Of a stretch of DNA of 64,000 nt, positions 60,165-64,000 are shown piece after piece. The first letter of the stretch is position 1. Each line of letters begins with the position of its first letter. Made by a program: the position numbers and the translations under genes. The DNA is from an uncultured Chlamydiae bacterium (GTDB taxonomy: Bacteria > Chlamydiota > Chlamydiia > Chlamydiales > SM23-39), in assembly GCA_963730605.1 (NCBI GenBank), contig CAVSSM010000001.1, positions 576,001 to 640,000 on the forward strand, given 5' to 3'. Under the pieces are notes generated by a model. That model saw only the letters and a list, made by a program, of their open reading frames with translations, ran no database searches and was not told where the DNA came from.

Positions 60165-61562
60165 TCATGGACAGGCTTCTCGACCACATTGGCATTTTCT
60201 TGGCCATAGAGTGGATTCCTCTAGAGGATTCTCTGCATTATCTTGGATTTCGAGTTGATGTTCTTGTTTGAGGTAGTTCTTAAGAATTCGATCAATGGTA
60301 CTGATCTCTAGCGCATTTTTATTTCTTACTTCTGTTTTCAATCGATTGATGAATTTAAAAATGTCGCGACCTGAGAACCCTTCTGTTTGGTTGCCAATAT
60401 GTTCGATAATCTCCGGTGTAAAGAAACGTCGATATTCGGAGGGAGTCACAAGGAGATCGACGTTGCTTCTGGTCATCTCTTTCCGTTCCGCCAGCTCAGG
60501 AGCTCCAATTTTGATTTTGTAATCCATACGGCTCAGTATTGCTGGATCCAGATTTTTCGGAAGATTTGTAGCAAAGACCCACATGATTTTAGAACTAGAT
60601 GAACTTGTTAATTTCAGGAATGCATTTAAAAAAGACACTAATTCTTGGCTTTTGCCATTTTTTTTGGCTTCCTCCCTGTTTTCAAAGCATGCTTCCGCTT
60701 CATCCACAAAAATAACGGTTTGAGAAGGGAGGCTTTTCACATATTCTACCAATTTTTGCAACATGTCGACCGCTGCGCCCGCAGAGTTCTGATTCGAGAC
60801 GCGGACGCTGACCGGTCCTTGCAAAGCGTTATAATTCATCCCTTTTAAGAAATCTCCGCCAGAAATGTACATGTAATTCATATTGGAGTTCTTTGCGATC
60901 CATTTTGAGATCATTGTTTTTCCTGTTCCAGGAGGACCGTAGACAAGTAGATGTTGAAAAAAGTCATTTCTTTCTTTGCTTGTCTGCGTGGTGGCTAGGA
61001 TTTCATCAAGTTCTGCTTGGAGCTTAGGGCTAAATATGGGTTTTGTTTCCAAAGAGAGATCCTTGTCAAAGTATTGGGAAATCACTTCGTAGGAGCCAAG
61101 AGCTAGCGATGCTCCGACTCCGATCAGCGTAGGCAATACCCACAAAGAGATCAGGTCGTTTCCAAAATAGTCCTTACTAAAGCCAAAGAGATTGAGACAA
61201 GACGAGGTTGTTTTATGCGCCAGAGTCCAAAGGGACTTCGCTGTAGGATGCATATCGGAATAAAGCCAAGAGAGCCATAACGCTCCTCCGGTGATACTGG
61301 ATGCGGTAGCCCCTTCTACTCGATGCGCCCAGAATTTGGAGCCAAACTCTTGGGCTTTTTGTTTGGTATTAGGCCACCAATCCACATAATTTATTTTAAC
61401 TGGCAAGGATTCACTTTCAAAAAATTTATTAGCAAGAGATGATAATATGCTTTTTGTCATCATCGCGCCAAAGGCGAGTGCGCCCATCTTATACACAGTG
61501 CTCTGGACGTTTTTTAAAGAATTTGCTATATCATCCAAACTATTTATATTAATATTATTCAT
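60165..61562 (-). CDS. AAA+ ATPase with an N-terminal membrane region (ATAD3-like)
   Basis: YGPPGTGKT, SGGD, FVDEAE, LNAFL and ATN.P..LDPAILSR motifs; GGAG RBS. Confidence 0.82.
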   Translation of the reverse strand: MNNININSLDDIANSLKNVQSTVYKMGALAFGAMMTKSILSSLANKFFESESLPVKINYVDWWPNTKQKAQEFGSKFWAHRVEGATASSITGGALWLSWLYSDMHPTAKSLWTLAHKTTSSCLNLFGFSKDYFGNDLISLWVLPTLIGVGASLALGSYEVISQYFDKDLSLETKPIFSPKLQAELDEILATTQTSKERNDFFQHLLVYGPPGTGKTMISKWIAKNSNMNYMYISGGDFLKGMNYNALQGPVSVRVSNQNSAGAAVDMLQKLVEYVKSLPSQTVIFVDEAEACFENREEAKKNGKSQELVSFLNAFLKLTSSSSSKIMWVFATNLPKNLDPAILSRMDYKIKIGAPELAERKEMTRSNVDLLVTPSEYRRFFTPEIIEHIGNQTEGFSGRDIFKFINRLKTEVRNKNALEISTIDRILKNYLKQEHQLEIQDNAENPLEESTLWPRKCQCGREACP

Positions 61563-61626
61563 AATTACTCCATAGTTAATTTATAAGATTATAAAAAAAA
61601 TAAACAATAAGAGTCAAGCTGCGAAT

Positions 61627-61790
61627 TATACCGAAACAACCTGAAGAATCGGGAATTTGACAAGGAGGCTCCTCAGAATTTGTGTTCGGAGCAAGCGACC
61701 ATTGCGCGTGCGCAAGGCGCGATTGAGAACAAAAATTCTGAGGTAAAGCCGACGCAGTCAAAAACCGATTCTTCAGGTTGTTTCGGTATA
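61627..61790. mobile_element. TA-bounded palindromic MITE
   Basis: 26-bp perfect TIR TATACCGAAACAACCTGAAGAATCGG; inner arms CCTCAGAATTT / AAATTCTGAGG. Confidence 0.92.
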
Positions 61791-61816
61791 TCGGGATGTT
61801 CATCAGGGTCTATGAC

Positions 61817-63643
61817 CTAGCGTGACGCACGCTTCCGCTCGTTTTCCGTCAGGAACCGTTTTCTCAAACGGATGAAATTCGGCGTCACTTCGACCAGTTC
61901 GTCGTCCGCTATGTAGTCGATCGCTTGCTCCAGCGTAAATTTCCTGGGAGGGGTGAGGATGATATTTTCGTCGCTGCCCGCAGCGCGAATGTTGGTGAGC
62001 TGTTTCGCTTTGATGGCGTTGACGACAAGGTCGTTATCGCGCGCGTGTTCGCCGACGACCATCCCTTCGTAGACCTCATCGCCCGGTTTAACGAAGAGCG
62101 ACCCCCGCTCTTGTAGATTAAAGAGCGCGTAGCCATTGGCCTTGCCGGAGCCGTTAGCGATCATGACGCCGCGGCTGCGGCCGGGCATATCGCCTTTCCA
62201 AGGGGCGAAAACTTCAAAAATCGAGGTGAGGATGCCAAGCCCCGAGGTGCGGGTGAGAAAATCGTTGCGGTATCCCATAAGGCCCCTTGTCGGCACGAGA
62301 AACTGCATTGTCGTCAGCCCATGCTCCGAGGTGGAAAGGGTGCGCATTTCCCCTTTTTTGCGCGAAAGATCCTCGATCACAGTGCCGGAAAATTTTTCAG
62401 GCACTTCTACGTGGACCCGCTCCATCGGTTCCTGGACGACCCCGTCGACTTCCTTGGTGATCACAACCGGTTTCGAAAGGGCAAGCTCGTAACCTTCGCG
62501 TCGCATGGTTTCGATCAAAACGGCAAGATGCAGCTCGCCCCGTCCGCAGACGCGGATCGCATCGTCTCGGCCCGGAATTTCTTCGATCTTGAGGGAAATA
62601 TTCGCCCTTTTTTCACGCATGAGCCGGTCGCGCAGTTTGTTCATGGTGATATGCTTCCCGTCGCGTCCGGCAAAGGGGCTTGCATTGACAAGGAATTCCA
62701 CCGATACCGTCGGCTCGGCGAGAGTAATGGGAGGGAGCTGGACGATCTTATCGGGAGCGCAAATCGTGTCGCCGATATCAACCTCTGGGATGCCGGAAAG
62801 GGTGACGATATCGCCTGCGCCTGCGCTCTCCATCTCTACTTTCTTTAGGCCGAGGTGCCCCTCGATCCGGACAATTTTGTGTTGAGCATGGTTCCCGTTG
62901 CGGTCGACGCGGGTGACCATTTGCCCTTTTGCGATTTTCCCCTCGAGGATCCGGCCGCATGCTTGCCGGCCAACGTAATCGTCGTAGCTTAAGGTGGCCG
63001 CTTGCATGAGGAAGGGGAGGTCGAGATTTCCTGGGGGCGGGGGCGCAGCGCTCAAAATGAGCTCGAAAAGGGGAGTCAAGTCCTTCTTTTCATCGTCCAA
63101 ATTTTTTATCGCATAGCCGCTGAAGCCCGAGGCGTAAATGTAAGGGAAATCGAGCTGCTCGTCGTTGGCGCCAAGTTCCATGAAAAGATCGAATGTCAGG
63201 TTCAGCGCCCGGTCGGGGGCTGCATGGGGCCTATCGATCTTGTTCAAGACGACGATCGGCCTCAGGCCCATTTTGAGCGCTTGAGAGAGAACAAACCGCG
63301 TTTGAGGCATAGGCCCTTCCTGGGCGTCGACTAAGAGAAGAACGGAGTTGACCATCCCGAGGACCCTTTCTACTTCGCCGGAAAAATCGGCATGGCCGGG
63401 CGTATCGATAATATTAATTTTATAGTCTTTATAGTAAACGCAAGTATGTTTTGCGAAAATCGTGATTCCCCTCTCTTTTTCTTGGTCGAAGCTATCCATG
63501 ACCCGCTCTGGGACTTTCTCGTGTTCCTGGAAAATATTGGCCTGTTTGAGCAAACTGTCGAGGAGGGTAGTTTTCCCGTGGTCGATGTGGGCGATGATGG
63601 CGATATTTCTAATTTGCTTAGGGTCGTGCATTTCTATTCTCAT
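61817..63643 (-). CDS. typA: Translational GTPase TypA/BipA
   Basis: [43 protein letters not shown] and K.LTN.R motifs. Confidence 0.96.
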   Translation of the reverse strand: MRIEMHDPKQIRNIAIIAHIDHGKTTLLDSLLKQANIFQEHEKVPERVMDSFDQEKERGITIFAKHTCVYYKDYKINIIDTPGHADFSGEVERVLGMVNSVLLLVDAQEGPMPQTRFVLSQALKMGLRPIVVLNKIDRPHAAPDRALNLTFDLFMELGANDEQLDFPYIYASGFSGYAIKNLDDEKKDLTPLFELILSAAPPPPGNLDLPFLMQAATLSYDDYVGRQACGRILEGKIAKGQMVTRVDRNGNHAQHKIVRIEGHLGLKKVEMESAGAGDIVTLSGIPEVDIGDTICAPDKIVQLPPITLAEPTVSVEFLVNASPFAGRDGKHITMNKLRDRLMREKRANISLKIEEIPGRDDAIRVCGRGELHLAVLIETMRREGYELALSKPVVITKEVDGVVQEPMERVHVEVPEKFSGTVIEDLSRKKGEMRTLSTSEHGLTTMQFLVPTRGLMGYRNDFLTRTSGLGILTSIFEVFAPWKGDMPGRSRGVMIANGSGKANGYALFNLQERGSLFVKPGDEVYEGMVVGEHARDNDLVVNAIKAKQLTNIRAAGSDENIILTPPRKFTLEQAIDYIADDELVEVTPNFIRLRKRFLTENERKRASR

Positions 63644-63809
63644 TCTTGAGGAAGGCTATGTTACCGAACTCAACTATTTAATTTCTAGGGGAAAAAGCGT
63701 TGCGGAAATGCTAAAAAATGAGGTACGATGCATCCAAGAAATGAGGAAAATCATGTAGATAGGCGTTGTGCGCCCCTGAAAGCTCGGGAAAGGCCCGGGA
63801 AGGAAAGTA

Positions 63810-64000
63810 ATGGAAATCCATTCCAATGAAGAAGAGATCGAGGACGGCGCCAACGCTTTGGAGTCGAAAACAGGACGGATCGACGACCTGCTCAAGGAAA
63901 AACTTGAAAAGGCGTTCCATAAGCAAACGTCCAAGGTGCGGCTCCACGACATCGCTAAGATCGCCTGCGAACATTCCCCCATTGACCTCGCCTACGCCGC
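63810..64000 (+). CDS. mgtE: 5' part of magnesium transporter MgtE (chlamydial N-terminus)
   Basis: SKTGRIDDLL.EKLEKAF..HDIAKI..EHSPIDLAYA resembles the chlamydial MgtE N-terminus as I recall it; runs off the window. Confidence 0.7.
   Translation, partial: MEIHSNEEEIEDGANALESKTGRIDDLLKEKLEKAFHKQTSKVRLHDIAKIACEHSPIDLAYA

Noticed and set aside
63708..63758. 16-codon ORF upstream of mgtE as a Mg-sensing leader peptide or riboswitch
   Set aside because: It is not proline-rich, and I see no recognisable M-box or attenuator structure.

Overview
This 64-kb window looks like an environmental Chlamydiota genome segment, judged from the conserved scc4-cdsD-E-F-G-(CT668)-N-O-P-Q-C type III secretion cluster, the glgX/slc1 and yidC/dnaA pairs, and a chlamydial-type mgtE start. 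Core genes: T3SS basal body with a 1454-aa repeat-expanded secretin, manC, cyoABCD quinol oxidase, glgX, slc1, dnaA, yidC, a classical menaquinone operon (menG-F-D-H-B-A-C-E), typA and mgtE. An accessory region at ~23.7-39.5 kb holds ISAs1, IS3, IS630 and IS1634 elements, a HipBST-like toxin-antitoxin locus, beta-barrel porin genes, glycosyltransferases and a radical-SAM gene. The most striking signal is a dense, modular set of short palindromic miniature elements. TA-flanked 164-269-bp elements sit at gene starts, and two of them add 83 and 89 codons in frame to MenD and to an O-antigen-ligase-family protein. A 30-bp hairpin whose consensus is stop-free in all six frames occurs 8 times, 5 of them inside menE, and nests inside the larger elements. 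Several single-base frameshifts in core genes are probably consensus errors. All calls come from reading motifs by eye; no database searches were run, so novelty is unverified.
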